Source: an uncultured Candidatus Rokubacteria bacterium (GTDB taxonomy: Bacteria > Methylomirabilota > Methylomirabilia > Rokubacteriales > DASRDR01). Taken from it: 64,000 bases of DNA. Below, piece after piece: positions 1 to 9,421 of this stretch. A model generated the notes under the pieces. That model was not told where the DNA came from. It saw only the letters and a list, made by a program, of their open reading frames with translations, and did not search any database. How positions within the stretch are numbered: position 1 is the first letter of the stretch; each line of letters opens with the position of its first letter. The translations under genes were made by a program, and so were the position numbers. The stretch is taken from the NCBI GenBank assembly GCA_963805625.1, contig CAWDVE010000014.1:148299-212298 (forward strand), written 5' to 3'.

Positions 1-330
1 GCGCGCCACCTCGTGCACGAAGCCGATCCCTATTTCGCCGAGCCGATTCCGCCCGAGCGGCTCAGCGTCCCGCCCGAGCGCCGGGGCGTCATGACCAAGT
101 GCACCTTCTGCAAGGAGCGGGTGGACGACGGCCGGGCCCGGGGCCTCCGGCCCGGGGTGGATCCCGACGCCACACCGATGTGCGCGGTGGCATGCATCAC
201 CGGCGCGATCGTCTTCGGCGACCTCGACGATGCCGGCAGCGCCGTCGCGAAGCTTCTCGCCCAGGGCGATGCCGTCCCGTTGCTGCCCGAGTGCGGCACC
301 GCACCCTCTGTGTTCTACCGGACGAGGTGA
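1..330 (+). CDS. 4Fe-4S dicluster electron-transfer subunit of a molybdopterin oxidoreductase (DmsB/NrfC/PadC-like), 5' partial
   Basis: KCTFCKER...PMCAVACITGAIVFGDLDD and the C-terminal GTAPSVFY are typical of NrfC/DmsB; the frame is open from the window edge. Confidence 0.85.
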   Translation, partial: ARHLVHEADPYFAEPIPPERLSVPPERRGVMTKCTFCKERVDDGRARGLRPGVDPDATPMCAVACITGAIVFGDLDDAGSAVAKLLAQGDAVPLLPECGTAPSVFYRTR

Positions 331-334
331 GCAA

Positions 335-1234
335 ATGGGCCCAATCGCCGCACGGCCACTGGAGGGCCCGGCACACGAGAGCCGGATACCCCTACTCCCG
401 CCGATCGCCCAGGCCCTCTGGGGCTGGCCCGCCGTCCTTAACTTCGCCCTGGGGGGGCTCGGCGCCGGCCTCTACGTCATGGCGGCCGTGACCGCCGGAT
501 TCGCCCCGTCGCCGGCGCTCCGGATCGCCGCGTGGCTCGGGCCGCTCCTCGTCCTCGGAGGCTTTGGCGCCGTCGCCACGGAGGCCGGCCGCCCCTTCCG
601 CGGTCCGCGTGTCCTCGCGCGCGTCCGGACTTCGTGGATGTCGCGCGAGCTCTGGCTCGGCGGCGTCTTCACGGTCCTCGCTGCCGGCGGCCTTCTCCTC
701 GAGGAAACAATTCTGCGCGCCCTGGCGGCCGCCGCAGGGGCCGCTCTCGCGCTGGCCCAGGGGCAGATCCTGCGGCACGCCCGGGGCGTGATGGTCTGGG
801 CGGTGCCCCCGATGCCGTTCGTCTTCCTCACCTCAGCCCTCGTCTCCGGCTCGGGCCTGCTCATCGTGCTGGAGGCGGGGAACGGGTCATCGCTGGACCA
901 GCTACTCGGAGCGGCTCTCACCGTCCTGATCGTGCACGTCTGCGCCTGGTCGGTGCTCGTCAGCTGGTCGCATGACGGGGCGTTCCGCCAAGGTGTCCGC
1001 CCACTCCGCGAGGGGCCGAGTGCCCTGGTCATCGTCGTCGGAGGCTATGTCCTCCCGTCACTGCTCGCCGCCCTCGCCATCGCTCTGCCCCGGCTCGGGC
1101 CGTCCCTCGCGGCCGCCGCCGGCGCTCTGATGGCCGCCGGTCAGGTCTTTGCGAAGGCCGCCGTCATCCTGAAGGCGGGTCAGCTCAGACCGGTCTCGCT
1201 CACGCTGCCGCCGCTCCAGAGGAGGTCACCATGA
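335..1234 (+). CDS. NrfD/DmsC-family membrane anchor subunit (PadD-like)
   Basis: [17 protein letters not shown] and TSWMSRE motifs, multiple TM segments; directly follows the Fe-S subunit. Confidence 0.8.
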   Translation: MGPIAARPLEGPAHESRIPLLPPIAQALWGWPAVLNFALGGLGAGLYVMAAVTAGFAPSPALRIAAWLGPLLVLGGFGAVATEAGRPFRGPRVLARVRTSWMSRELWLGGVFTVLAAGGLLLEETILRALAAAAGAALALAQGQILRHARGVMVWAVPPMPFVFLTSALVSGSGLLIVLEAGNGSSLDQLLGAALTVLIVHVCAWSVLVSWSHDGAFRQGVRPLREGPSALVIVVGGYVLPSLLAALAIALPRLGPSLAAAAGALMAAGQVFAKAAVILKAGQLRPVSLTLPPLQRRSP

Positions 1235-2046
1235 TCGCCGGCGCCGGAGTCGACGTGGGTTCGACCCAGACCAAGGCCGTCATCATCGACGGCGCGCGCC
1301 GGATCGTGGCGCGAACCCTGATCGCAACGGGGGCGAACGTCTCCCGCGCCGGTGAGCGCGCGTTCATCGCCGCCTGCGAGACCGCGGGGCTTCCGCGCGA
1401 GGCGGTGAGCTACGTCGTCGGTACCGGCTACGGCCGCTACAAGGTGACGTTCGGCGACGCCCAGATCACCGAGATCACCTGCCATGCCCGGGGCGCACAC
1501 TTCCTCTTCCCCGGGTCGCGAACCGTGATCGACATGGGCGGCCAGGACACGAAGGCGATCCGCGTGAACCCGGACGGCTCCGTGATGGACTTCTCGATGA
1601 ACGACAAGTGCGCGGCCGGCACCGGTCGCTTCCTGTCCGCGGCGGCCGACGTCACGGGCATCGGCCTCGACGAGATCGGGCCCGTGTCCCTCAAGGCCAA
1701 GGCGCCGGTGCGGCTCACGTCGGTCTGCACGGTCTTCGTCGAGTCCGACATCATGTCCTACCTCGCCCAGCGGAAGACGGTTGAGGACATCCTGGGCGGG
1801 GTCCACAAGGCGATCGCCACGCGGACGATGTCACTGGTCCGGCGCGTGGGCGTCGAGGACGAAGTCACGTTCACGGGCGGCGTCTCTCGCAACGTCGGCA
1901 TGGTCCGGGCACTCGAGAACGTCCTCGGGCGGCCTCTCAACGTGAGCCCGGACGGCCACTTCATTGGGGCGCTCGGAGCGGCCCTCTTCGCTCTCGAGCG
2001 GGCCGAGGCCGCGGCCGGCGCCGTCGTCCCGGCAGGAGGGAGCTGA
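1231..2046 (+). CDS. CoA-substrate-specific enzyme activator (ASKHA ATPase), BcrA/BzdQ/HgdC-like
   Basis: [47 protein letters not shown] motifs. Confidence 0.9.
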   Translation: MIAGAGVDVGSTQTKAVIIDGARRIVARTLIATGANVSRAGERAFIAACETAGLPREAVSYVVGTGYGRYKVTFGDAQITEITCHARGAHFLFPGSRTVIDMGGQDTKAIRVNPDGSVMDFSMNDKCAAGTGRFLSAAADVTGIGLDEIGPVSLKAKAPVRLTSVCTVFVESDIMSYLAQRKTVEDILGGVHKAIATRTMSLVRRVGVEDEVTFTGGVSRNVGMVRALENVLGRPLNVSPDGHFIGALGAALFALERAEAAAGAVVPAGGS

Positions 2047-2049
2047 GTC

Positions 2050-2850
2050 ATGGTGGTCGCCGGTATCGACCTCGGGTCAGGCACCACGAAGTGCGTGCTC
2101 GTCGACGGCGAGCGGATGGTGCGCGGGCACGGCATCGTCCGGACCAAGGCCGACTTCGAGAAGGTCGCCCGGGAGGTCCTCGATGCGGCGCTGGCGGACG
2201 CGGGCCTCTCGTCCGAGGCGGTCGCCTACACGGCGACTACCGGCCTCGGCCGCAGCGCGATCCCATTTCGCGACATCCAGATCACCGACCTCACCTGCGG
2301 GGCGCGGGGAGCGGCGACCCTGTTTCCCGCCACGCGCTTCGTCCTCGACATCGGGGCCCAGTGCTCGCGCGCGATCCGACTCCGCGACGGCGGCAAGGTC
2401 AAGGAGTTCCACATGAACGAGAAATGCGCAGCGGGATCGGGCGGCTTTCTCGAGCGGGCAGCCAAGTATCTCGAGGTGACGGTCGCCGACATCGGCCCCC
2501 TGTCGCTCGCCGCAGCACAACCCCAGCCGATCTCGAGCGTCTGCGCGGTTCTCGCCGAGTCCGAGATCATCAACCACATCTCGGAGGGCGTGGCGGTGGA
2601 GAACATTCTCCGGGGGATCCACGACTCCCTGGCCGACCGGGCGCTGTCCCTACTCAAGCGCGTGGGGCTCGACGGGGATGTCACCCTCATCGGGGGCGTG
2701 GCGCTCCAGGCCGGCATGGTCGCGGCGCTCCGGGACAAGCTCGGCGTGATGGTCAACGTGCCCGACGAGCCTCAGCTGACCACCGCTCTCGGCGCCGCCG
2801 TCCTCGGTCTCCAGCGCCTGCAGCGGCTCGGCGCCCCGGCGGCAGCCTGA
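2050..2850 (+). CDS. Second CoA-substrate-specific activator subunit, BcrD/BzdP-like
   Basis: GIDLGSGTTK, TGLGR, MNEKCAAGSGGFL, CAVLAESE; divergent paralogue of the upstream gene. Confidence 0.88.
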   Translation: MVVAGIDLGSGTTKCVLVDGERMVRGHGIVRTKADFEKVAREVLDAALADAGLSSEAVAYTATTGLGRSAIPFRDIQITDLTCGARGAATLFPATRFVLDIGAQCSRAIRLRDGGKVKEFHMNEKCAAGSGGFLERAAKYLEVTVADIGPLSLAAAQPQPISSVCAVLAESEIINHISEGVAVENILRGIHDSLADRALSLLKRVGLDGDVTLIGGVALQAGMVAALRDKLGVMVNVPDEPQLTTALGAAVLGLQRLQRLGAPAAA

Positions 2851-2890
2851 CGGACTGGACCGATTGGGCAAGGACGAAAGCGAGGGAGCC

Positions 2891-3337
2891 ATGAGCCGCG
2901 CGGACGTGATGGTGCGCCCCCTGGAGCCGACCGACATCGACGCCATCGTGACGATCGACGAGAAGCTCTCGGGTCAGACGCGGAAGGACTACTGGCAGCG
3001 GCGGATCGAGATCGCGAGCCTCCGGCCGCCCTGGATGTCGATGGTGGCGGAAACGGACGGCCGGGTCGCCGGCTTCCTCTTCGGCTGGGTCGGCGAATCG
3101 GAGTTCGGGATCCCCCAACGTACCGGGTGGGTCGACCTGATCGGGGTCGACCCGGCCTACCGCAGTCGGGGCGTCGCCCACGCCCTCCTCGACCGGTTCG
3201 TCGAGAGCGGCCGGGAGCTCCGGGCGCTCGAACGGGTCGCTACCCTCATCGACCTCGGCCAGGTAGACGTCCGCGAGTTCTTCCTGCGCCAGGGCTTCCA
3301 GCCCGGGCGGATGGTCCAGCTGGAGCGCGCGGTGTGA
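2891..3337 (+). CDS. GNAT family N-acetyltransferase
   Basis: IGVDPAYRSRGVAHALL acetyl-CoA motif A; RBS GAGGGAG before the ATG at 2891. Confidence 0.85.
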   Translation: MSRADVMVRPLEPTDIDAIVTIDEKLSGQTRKDYWQRRIEIASLRPPWMSMVAETDGRVAGFLFGWVGESEFGIPQRTGWVDLIGVDPAYRSRGVAHALLDRFVESGRELRALERVATLIDLGQVDVREFFLRQGFQPGRMVQLERAV

Positions 3338-3527
3338 CGCCGGCCGATGTGATCGCGGTCATACCCCGGCCGCCAGGCTCCGGCCATCCTGGACGCGTGA
3401 CCACCGTCCACGTGCTCCCGCCAACAAGAAGGCTGAGGCTTCCCTTCACCGCGGCCACCGACAGTCCGTGAACGCCGTGCGCGTCATGGGCCCCGCGAGC
3501 CCCACGCGCTAGGAAGGAGCCCGCCCC

Positions 3528-3671
3528 GTGAACGGGGTCATCGACTACTGGTGCAACATCTTCACCCCCGAGGGGATCCGGGCGAGCTTCACCGAGCAGC
3601 CGGAGCTGGCGGAGGTCTTAAGCTCTGAGCGGCCGGATGAGGGCGGTGACGTGCTGGCTTCCACGAGCTGA
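3528..3671 (+). pseudogene. N-terminal stub of an amidohydrolase-2-like gene
   Basis: Strong RBS AGGAAGGAG, then GTG and NGVIDYWCNIFTPEGIRASF, after which similarity is lost and the frame stops after 47 aa. Confidence 0.4.
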
Positions 3672-3720
3672 CGATGGGGGCTGACGACGGCGCCGTCCCC
3701 AGAAAGGGGGTCGTCCCACC

Positions 3721-4299
3721 ATGTCCTGTCACCTCCACCTGAAGCGCCCGGCCACGGCCCAGGCCGGCCAGGCGACCGCGGACCTTCGGGACGAGCACGA
3801 GGTGATCCTTCAGGCGCTCGCCGTGCTCGAGCGGGTCGCCAGCCGCCTCGCGTCCGGCCAACCCGTAAGCGACTCGACGCTGGCCGAGCTCGTCCAGTTC
3901 CTGCAGACATTCGCCGACCGCTGCCACCACGGCAAGGAGGAAGACCAACTCTTCCCCGCCATGCGGGCCAAGGGTGTCGGAGACACCCTTGCCGTCTTCA
4001 AGGAAGAACACGAGGAAGGGCGGCGCTACCTCCGCACCATCGCGAGCGGCGCCTCCAACGCCGAGCGGGCGGCTGCGGCGCGTCGCTATGTCGCCATGCT
4101 GCAAGGCCACATCGAACGCGAGAACGAGGTCCTGTTTCCTATGGCCGATGGGCTCTTCACCGCCGAGGAGCACGGCGCCCTGGCGCGCGCATACGAGGAC
4201 GTGGAGCGCCAGGTCGCGGGCGCCGGCGCCCACGAGAGGCTCCTGACCACGCTGGCCCGGCTCGACGCCGCCGTGCCGCGGGACCGGGCCACGCCATGA
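3721..4299 (+). CDS. Hemerythrin HHE domain protein
   Basis: LRDEHEVI, CHHGKEEDQLFP, EHEEGR, HIERENEVLFP. Confidence 0.9.
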   Translation: MSCHLHLKRPATAQAGQATADLRDEHEVILQALAVLERVASRLASGQPVSDSTLAELVQFLQTFADRCHHGKEEDQLFPAMRAKGVGDTLAVFKEEHEEGRRYLRTIASGASNAERAAAARRYVAMLQGHIERENEVLFPMADGLFTAEEHGALARAYEDVERQVAGAGAHERLLTTLARLDAAVPRDRATP

Positions 4300-4739
4300 G
4301 CGTCCCGGTCAGGAGCGTCGACCGCGTCGCCATCGCCGTCCGTAGCCTGGATCGGGCACGCGCCTTCTTCGAGCGTCACTTCGGCGCGGAGTTCGGCCCC
4401 GTCGAGGACGTCGCGGTGGACGGCTATCGCTATGTCCCGTTCAGGATCGCCGGCTTCACCCTGGAGCTCCTGGAGCCGTACACCCCCGACAGCCCGATCG
4501 CCCGGTTCCTCGATCGCCGCGGGGAAGGCGTCTACCAGATCTCTTTCATGGTCGACGACGTCGATGCCGCGGCGGCCACCCTGCGGGCCGAAGGCCTCAC
4601 CGTCCTCGGCCCCCGCACGTACGACACGGACGTCGTGCTCGAGGGATGCCGGTGGAAGGAGGCCTTCGTCCATCCGAAGGACGCCCACGGGGTGCTGCTC
4701 TTCCTCGGCGAGCGGACACCGGTGACCGAGGCGACCTGA
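4296..4739 (+). CDS. VOC family protein, methylmalonyl-CoA epimerase-like
   Basis: VAIAVRSLD, LELLEP, IARFLDRRGEGVYQI, FVHPKDAHGVL; the usual metal-binding His residues appear replaced by Arg/Gln. Confidence 0.8.
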   Translation: MSVPVRSVDRVAIAVRSLDRARAFFERHFGAEFGPVEDVAVDGYRYVPFRIAGFTLELLEPYTPDSPIARFLDRRGEGVYQISFMVDDVDAAAATLRAEGLTVLGPRTYDTDVVLEGCRWKEAFVHPKDAHGVLLFLGERTPVTEAT

Positions 4740-4828
4740 CCGGGCTCGGACGTGCCCCATCTCCCCTGCACGTTCCTTGATCCACGGCCGAACGCGTCAG
4801 CTCGACTGACGAATGCCTCGCGGACCCC

Positions 4829-5260
4829 TCAGCCACGGAGCGAGAGGCCGAGGAGGACGATCGACAGGGCGACCAGGACGTTCAGGCGGGCGACCCAGGA
4901 CGCTCGGACGCGAGCGGACGGATCCGCACCGGGGAGGTTGGCGCGCGGGCCGAGGACGAAGTCGTGGAACGCGCTCAAGAGCAGAGCGAGACCCACGAGC
5001 CCCAGCTTCCCGTGGAACCGGCCGGAGCGGAGCAGGCCTGGTTGAAACCACAGGTTCAGGAGCCCCGTGAGGAGCAGAATCCCCAGCGCGATCCAGGCGA
5101 TCGTCCGGAAGCGCCGACCGCTGTCCTGGATGAGGCGCGCCCGGAGCGTCGCGTCGCCGAGCGCCCGGGCCGTGGGGACCAGGACCAGCGCGATGAACAG
5201 CATGCCGCCTACCCAGGTGATCGCCGAAAGGACGTGGACCCAGCGGACGAACAGCGCCAC
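4829..5260 (-). CDS. CopD/DUF4149-like four-TM membrane protein
   Basis: RWVHVLSAITWVGGMLF...SAFHDFVLGP; the GTG start overlaps the stop of the Crp/Fnr gene. Confidence 0.75.
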   Translation of the reverse strand: MALFVRWVHVLSAITWVGGMLFIALVLVPTARALGDATLRARLIQDSGRRFRTIAWIALGILLLTGLLNLWFQPGLLRSGRFHGKLGLVGLALLLSAFHDFVLGPRANLPGADPSARVRASWVARLNVLVALSIVLLGLSLRG

Positions 5261-5970
5261 TACTGCGACTCGCCCTGGGCGCGGGCGCGCAAGGCAGCCT
5301 GGTCCCGTACGATGAGGCGGCCACCGTGGTCCTCCACCAGCTCGTCCCGCAGCCAGCGGCTCACCACGCGGATGGCTGTCTCCACCGTGGTCCCCGACAT
5401 GTCGGCCAGGCTCTGACGCGTCAAGTGGAACGGCAACTCGACCCCGCGCTTCGTGCGGACCCCCTCCCGGTCCGCCAGCCGCAGCAGGGTGGCCGCCAGG
5501 CGCGCCTCCACCGGCTCGGCCGACAGGGACTTGACCGAGTCGTGGGCGGCCCGAAGCCGCCGGCCGATCAGGAGCGCCATCTCGCGGACGACCGGCGGAT
5601 GGCGTTCCGCGAGACCCACGACGACGTCGGCCGGGATCTGCACCACGATACTGGGCTCCGTCGCCTGGGCCGACGCCGGATAAGGTCGTCGCTCGATGAC
5701 GGCGACGCCGCCGAAGATCTCGCCGGGGCCGAGCAGCTCCAGGACCACGTCCTTGCCCGTGCGGGAATGATGCACAATCCGCACATGCCCGGCCCTGACG
5801 AGACAGAGCCACAGCGCCGGATCGCCCTCGTGGAACACATACTCTCGGGCTCGGCAGGGCACCTCGCGCGCCGCCGCCGCGAGGGACTCCAGCTCGAGGG
5901 CCGGAAGCCCAGCAAACACGGAGCTGGCCCGCAAGAAGTCGAGCGCTTCCCCGGAGTCCGGACGCGACAT
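5260..5970 (-). CDS. Crp/Fnr family transcriptional regulator
   Basis: cNMP-like beta-barrel (VFHEGD, GPGEIFGG, YPASAQA) and HTH LTRQSLADMSGTTVETAIR. Confidence 0.92.
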   Translation of the reverse strand: MSRPDSGEALDFLRASSVFAGLPALELESLAAAAREVPCRAREYVFHEGDPALWLCLVRAGHVRIVHHSRTGKDVVLELLGPGEIFGGVAVIERRPYPASAQATEPSIVVQIPADVVVGLAERHPPVVREMALLIGRRLRAAHDSVKSLSAEPVEARLAATLLRLADREGVRTKRGVELPFHLTRQSLADMSGTTVETAIRVVSRWLRDELVEDHGGRLIVRDQAALRARAQGESQ

Positions 5971-6089
5971 CGGCGGCCAGGATAGCACGCGGCGCCGAGC
6001 CGAGACCGGCTGGCGACCCGGTGCGGGAGCCCGACGCTCCTCGAATCAGTCCTGACCGGTTGCGTCCAATCCAACCCGTCTGTGGCCGA

Positions 6090-6659
6090 TCAGTGCCGGT
6101 CGTCACCTTTCGGTCGATCCCCGACGGGCGACTGAACTGACGTCGCACCGCCTTCAGCTCGCCCCTCAGCAGGGAGGGTGTGCCAGCGCTCCTTGGCCAC
6201 GACCTTGGGCTCCGCCGGATCTCCTTCGTAGGCCGGGGTCATGATCTGCACGCCGTACTCGTTGAACACATCCAGAATGTTGCGGTGCATGTCCGAGTAC
6301 AGCGCATTCATCGCCTGCGCGTTGTCGCAGTAGGCGTTGAGCTCGTACAGTCAGGCGCCGGCAAAGTCGATCCGAGCGACTTGGCTGCCGGCACGAACGG
6401 CTCGGACTGCACCGCTGGATCTCGAGCAGGCGCGATGTTCCCGGATGACACGGGCGCGATCGCAGCCGGAACCGACATGGCGCCAACGACCCAGAAGAGG
6501 ACTCGCCACCGGCGCGACGGAGGCCGTTTGGGGTCCCGCCTCCTGCATTTCCTCCAGCGCACCAGCCTGATCCTCGACGGGATCGGCCGCGCGCGCGGGC
6601 GCCGCGTCAAGGAGCGCCCAGACCTGAATCGCGATTCCCGCTATGAAAATTGCTTTCAT
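6090..6659 (-). pseudogene. Degraded, internally deleted MscS mechanosensitive channel gene
   Basis: C-terminal YELNAY...NILDVFNEYGVQIMTPAYEGDP is MscS-like; a signal-peptide-like start MKAIFIAG lies at 6659; the middle is frameshifted and far too short. Confidence 0.65.
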
Positions 6660-6685
6660 GACTCCTTCCATCGGAACCGGTCCTC

Positions 6686-9055
6686 TCAGCGGCCGCCGGC
6701 CAGGGCCTGGCTCCACTCGACCGGATCCTCCGGCGCGACCCCCGCGGGCCGGAGCCCCGACGAGGTCTGGAGATCCGCCCAGCTGAGGCGGCCGTCGACC
6801 CCGTACGGGCGGAGGCGGACGCGGCCCGACGAGGGCTCCACTCGGACCTCCACGAAGCTCTGGTAGAACGGCGCGACGTTGACGTCGAATGCCGCCGAGA
6901 GCCACTCCACCGAGTACGGCCAGGCGCCCAGGTACTGGGTCCACCACCAGAAGGGCGCCTTCCAGGGCGGGAGGGTCGCCCGGATCTTCCCGGTGACCTG
7001 GGCGGTCGTCGGGTGGAACGCCCAATCGGCGGCGGCCGGCGCGGCCGGCCAGTCGAGCGCGGTGCCGAAGCTCAGGTAGGCCCCACCGCCACCATTGACG
7101 ACGTGGGTGACGCCCCCGCGGCCACCGCCATCCCCGCGCTCCAGGTAGTACTCGAGATCGTGAGTGTCGCCGGCCATGACGATGGCGACCCCGTGCTGGC
7201 GCAGGAGCCGGTGGAGCGCGAGGAACTCGTCGTCTCCCTCCGCCCGGTAGAGGCCCCCTGCGTACAACGGATGGCCCAGAATGGCCATCGTGAATTTGCC
7301 GCGCGCCGCGGCGAGCGCGCCCTGGAGCCACGCATGCTGGGCCGGGTCGACCCGCCGGATGACCCCGGTGTCGACGGCCAGCAGCGCGAAGTCACGGGTC
7401 TGGATCTGGAAGAAGGGGGCGCGCTGGAACCCCGTGGGCACCCCGTACTGCCGGCGAAGCTGCCCGGCCTGGGCGATCAGCTCCTCGATCCGCCCGTCCG
7501 TGGTGCTCGTGAGCCGGTTGTCGACCTCGATCCGCGCCCGCATCGTCCGCCGGGCTGCCTCCTCGGTCATGAACGTGGCGGCGAACGCCTCCAGTGCGTC
7601 GTACCAATCGTGATTGCCGGGGATGGCATACACCGGCTTGCCGGTTCCCTTAAAGGGCAGCCAGAACTTCGCCTCGTAGTCTTTCATCGCCCCCACCGGG
7701 TAGACCACGTCCGACGACACCACGATGAAGCGCACGTCCTCGCGCCGGGCCACCGCGAGAAGCTGGTCCCGCAGGATCTGCTGGGACGCGTCCCCTTCGC
7801 CGGGGTCGCCGATGACGATGAAGGCGAAGTCCCCACCGTCCGCGACGCCGGGCGGCGTCACCGCGAACGCCTCGGCGCCGGCGCGGGGCTCCTGGTCCAA
7901 CACCGTCGCGACCATCGCTTCCCGCCAGGTGTCGGTGCGCGCCTCGGCCCAGCGGTTCCACATACCCGCCGCCCAGTTCTCGGTGTCGAAGAACCAGCTC
8001 ATGCCGAACACCGGGGACGTGGCCGCCACGAACGCAGCGGCGGGTAGACCGATCTGGAGGCCGCGGCTCAATGCCGCGGGCAGTGAGTAGCGCGCCGCAC
8101 GGAGGCGCACGGCGAACCGGAGCCGGTGGTCGAGCCAGGCCCGGACAAGCGCGCGCGTCCACCGGGAGCCGCTTGCGTCGAGGCACCACGCCCACGCGCG
8201 CCGCTCGAGCCCCCGGCTGGCGCGTCGGGTGAGCAGGCGGGCGGGGATCACGACCCCGAACGCGATGAGAAGGGCGAGGGAGAGGTCACCCAGCACGGCC
8301 ACGAAAGGCGACAGGACGCCGAGCGCCGACCGGTCTAGGCCCATGCGGCCGAGGTGAATGCCGAAGAGCGTGACGGCGAACGCGGCGATCCAGCCCCGGT
8401 CGATCCCCGCTCGTCCCTGCTCCTCTGTTGCCAGACTACGGGCGAGGTCCGCCAGGGCCGGGCTGTCCGCCAGATCCAGGTCCTGCGCGACCGTGTCGCC
8501 GGTATCCTCGGGCGTGTAGGCCGGCGTCGTGATGATGCTCCACGTCGTGCCCACGAGGCGGAATGCGCCAGCGGCGGCGATCGCCCACCGGACGGCGGAT
8601 CCGCGGACCAGGAGCAGCAGGACCGCCAGCAGCCCGTAGCCGAGCGCGGGCAGGGCCCGGGCTCGAAGCCCGGGCCCTGCCCCGGCGGCGCGGCCCACGG
8701 CGTTCCGGAGCGCGTCGACTCCGAACCAGGCCGCGAGCAGAAGCAAGATGGCCCGGCCGGCCAGGTCGCCGGCCTGCAGGACCAGTACGCCCATGGCGAG
8801 CGTGATCGCCCCACCGATCCACGCCGCGCGTCGGCCCTCCGCGGTCGACCGGCGAACGCCGTGAGCGAGCTCGAGGCAGGCTCCTGTCAGGAGCGCGAGC
8901 CCCACGACCGTCGGGGTGGCGGGCCCCGCGAAGAGCGGCGCCACCGCGGCGAGCGCCGCCAGCAGCAGGACGACGGCGCCCAGCCCGCTCGGTCCGGGGC
9001 GCGCCGGTCCGGTCGCCGCAAACATCCCGCGCAATCGTTGGCGGGGATCTCGCAT
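6686..9055 (-). CDS. Membrane protein: N-terminal HdeD/DUF308-like TM region fused to a calcineurin-like metallophosphoesterase
   Basis: IGDPGEGD, SDVVYP, PGNHDWY, GHPLY, AGDTHD motifs after a long hydrophobic N-terminal half. Confidence 0.8.
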   Translation of the reverse strand: MRDPRQRLRGMFAATGPARPGPSGLGAVVLLLAALAAVAPLFAGPATPTVVGLALLTGACLELAHGVRRSTAEGRRAAWIGGAITLAMGVLVLQAGDLAGRAILLLLAAWFGVDALRNAVGRAAGAGPGLRARALPALGYGLLAVLLLLVRGSAVRWAIAAAGAFRLVGTTWSIITTPAYTPEDTGDTVAQDLDLADSPALADLARSLATEEQGRAGIDRGWIAAFAVTLFGIHLGRMGLDRSALGVLSPFVAVLGDLSLALLIAFGVVIPARLLTRRASRGLERRAWAWCLDASGSRWTRALVRAWLDHRLRFAVRLRAARYSLPAALSRGLQIGLPAAAFVAATSPVFGMSWFFDTENWAAGMWNRWAEARTDTWREAMVATVLDQEPRAGAEAFAVTPPGVADGGDFAFIVIGDPGEGDASQQILRDQLLAVARREDVRFIVVSSDVVYPVGAMKDYEAKFWLPFKGTGKPVYAIPGNHDWYDALEAFAATFMTEEAARRTMRARIEVDNRLTSTTDGRIEELIAQAGQLRRQYGVPTGFQRAPFFQIQTRDFALLAVDTGVIRRVDPAQHAWLQGALAAARGKFTMAILGHPLYAGGLYRAEGDDEFLALHRLLRQHGVAIVMAGDTHDLEYYLERGDGGGRGGVTHVVNGGGGAYLSFGTALDWPAAPAAADWAFHPTTAQVTGKIRATLPPWKAPFWWWTQYLGAWPYSVEWLSAAFDVNVAPFYQSFVEVRVEPSSGRVRLRPYGVDGRLSWADLQTSSGLRPAGVAPEDPVEWSQALAGGR

Positions 9056-9421
9056 TGCGCGACTCTAGCACGCTCCATTCGAGGTAGGCGCCTCAGTCCG
9101 AGATTGGGCCGGACGACGAGGCGAGGGTCATTCGACATTCCCCAACCGGAATGTCCGGCGGCTTGGTGATCGGCGCCCGCGCCGCTATCGAGCAGGCGCC
9201 CCTGGCGCGGGTCGGCGGGACTCCGAGGACGCGATCAGCACGCCGTTGACCATCCGCCACGACGAGGGCTACCGCTGGCTCACCAAGACGGGAGCGAAGT
9301 CCTCTACCCTTCCGGCCCGGCCTGGCCACACCAGGCGCGGGAGAGCTGGGCGCGCCCCCGTAGGGGCTCACCGCCGGCAGTCCTCGCCACCCAGGCCAGA
9401 TGATCTGGCGGACCGCGCGTC

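Noticed and set aside
9100-9420. Protein-like snippet TIRHDEGYRWLTKTG in the intergenic region
   Set aside because: Too short to assign, no start context, and the frame runs antisense into the DMFase-like gene
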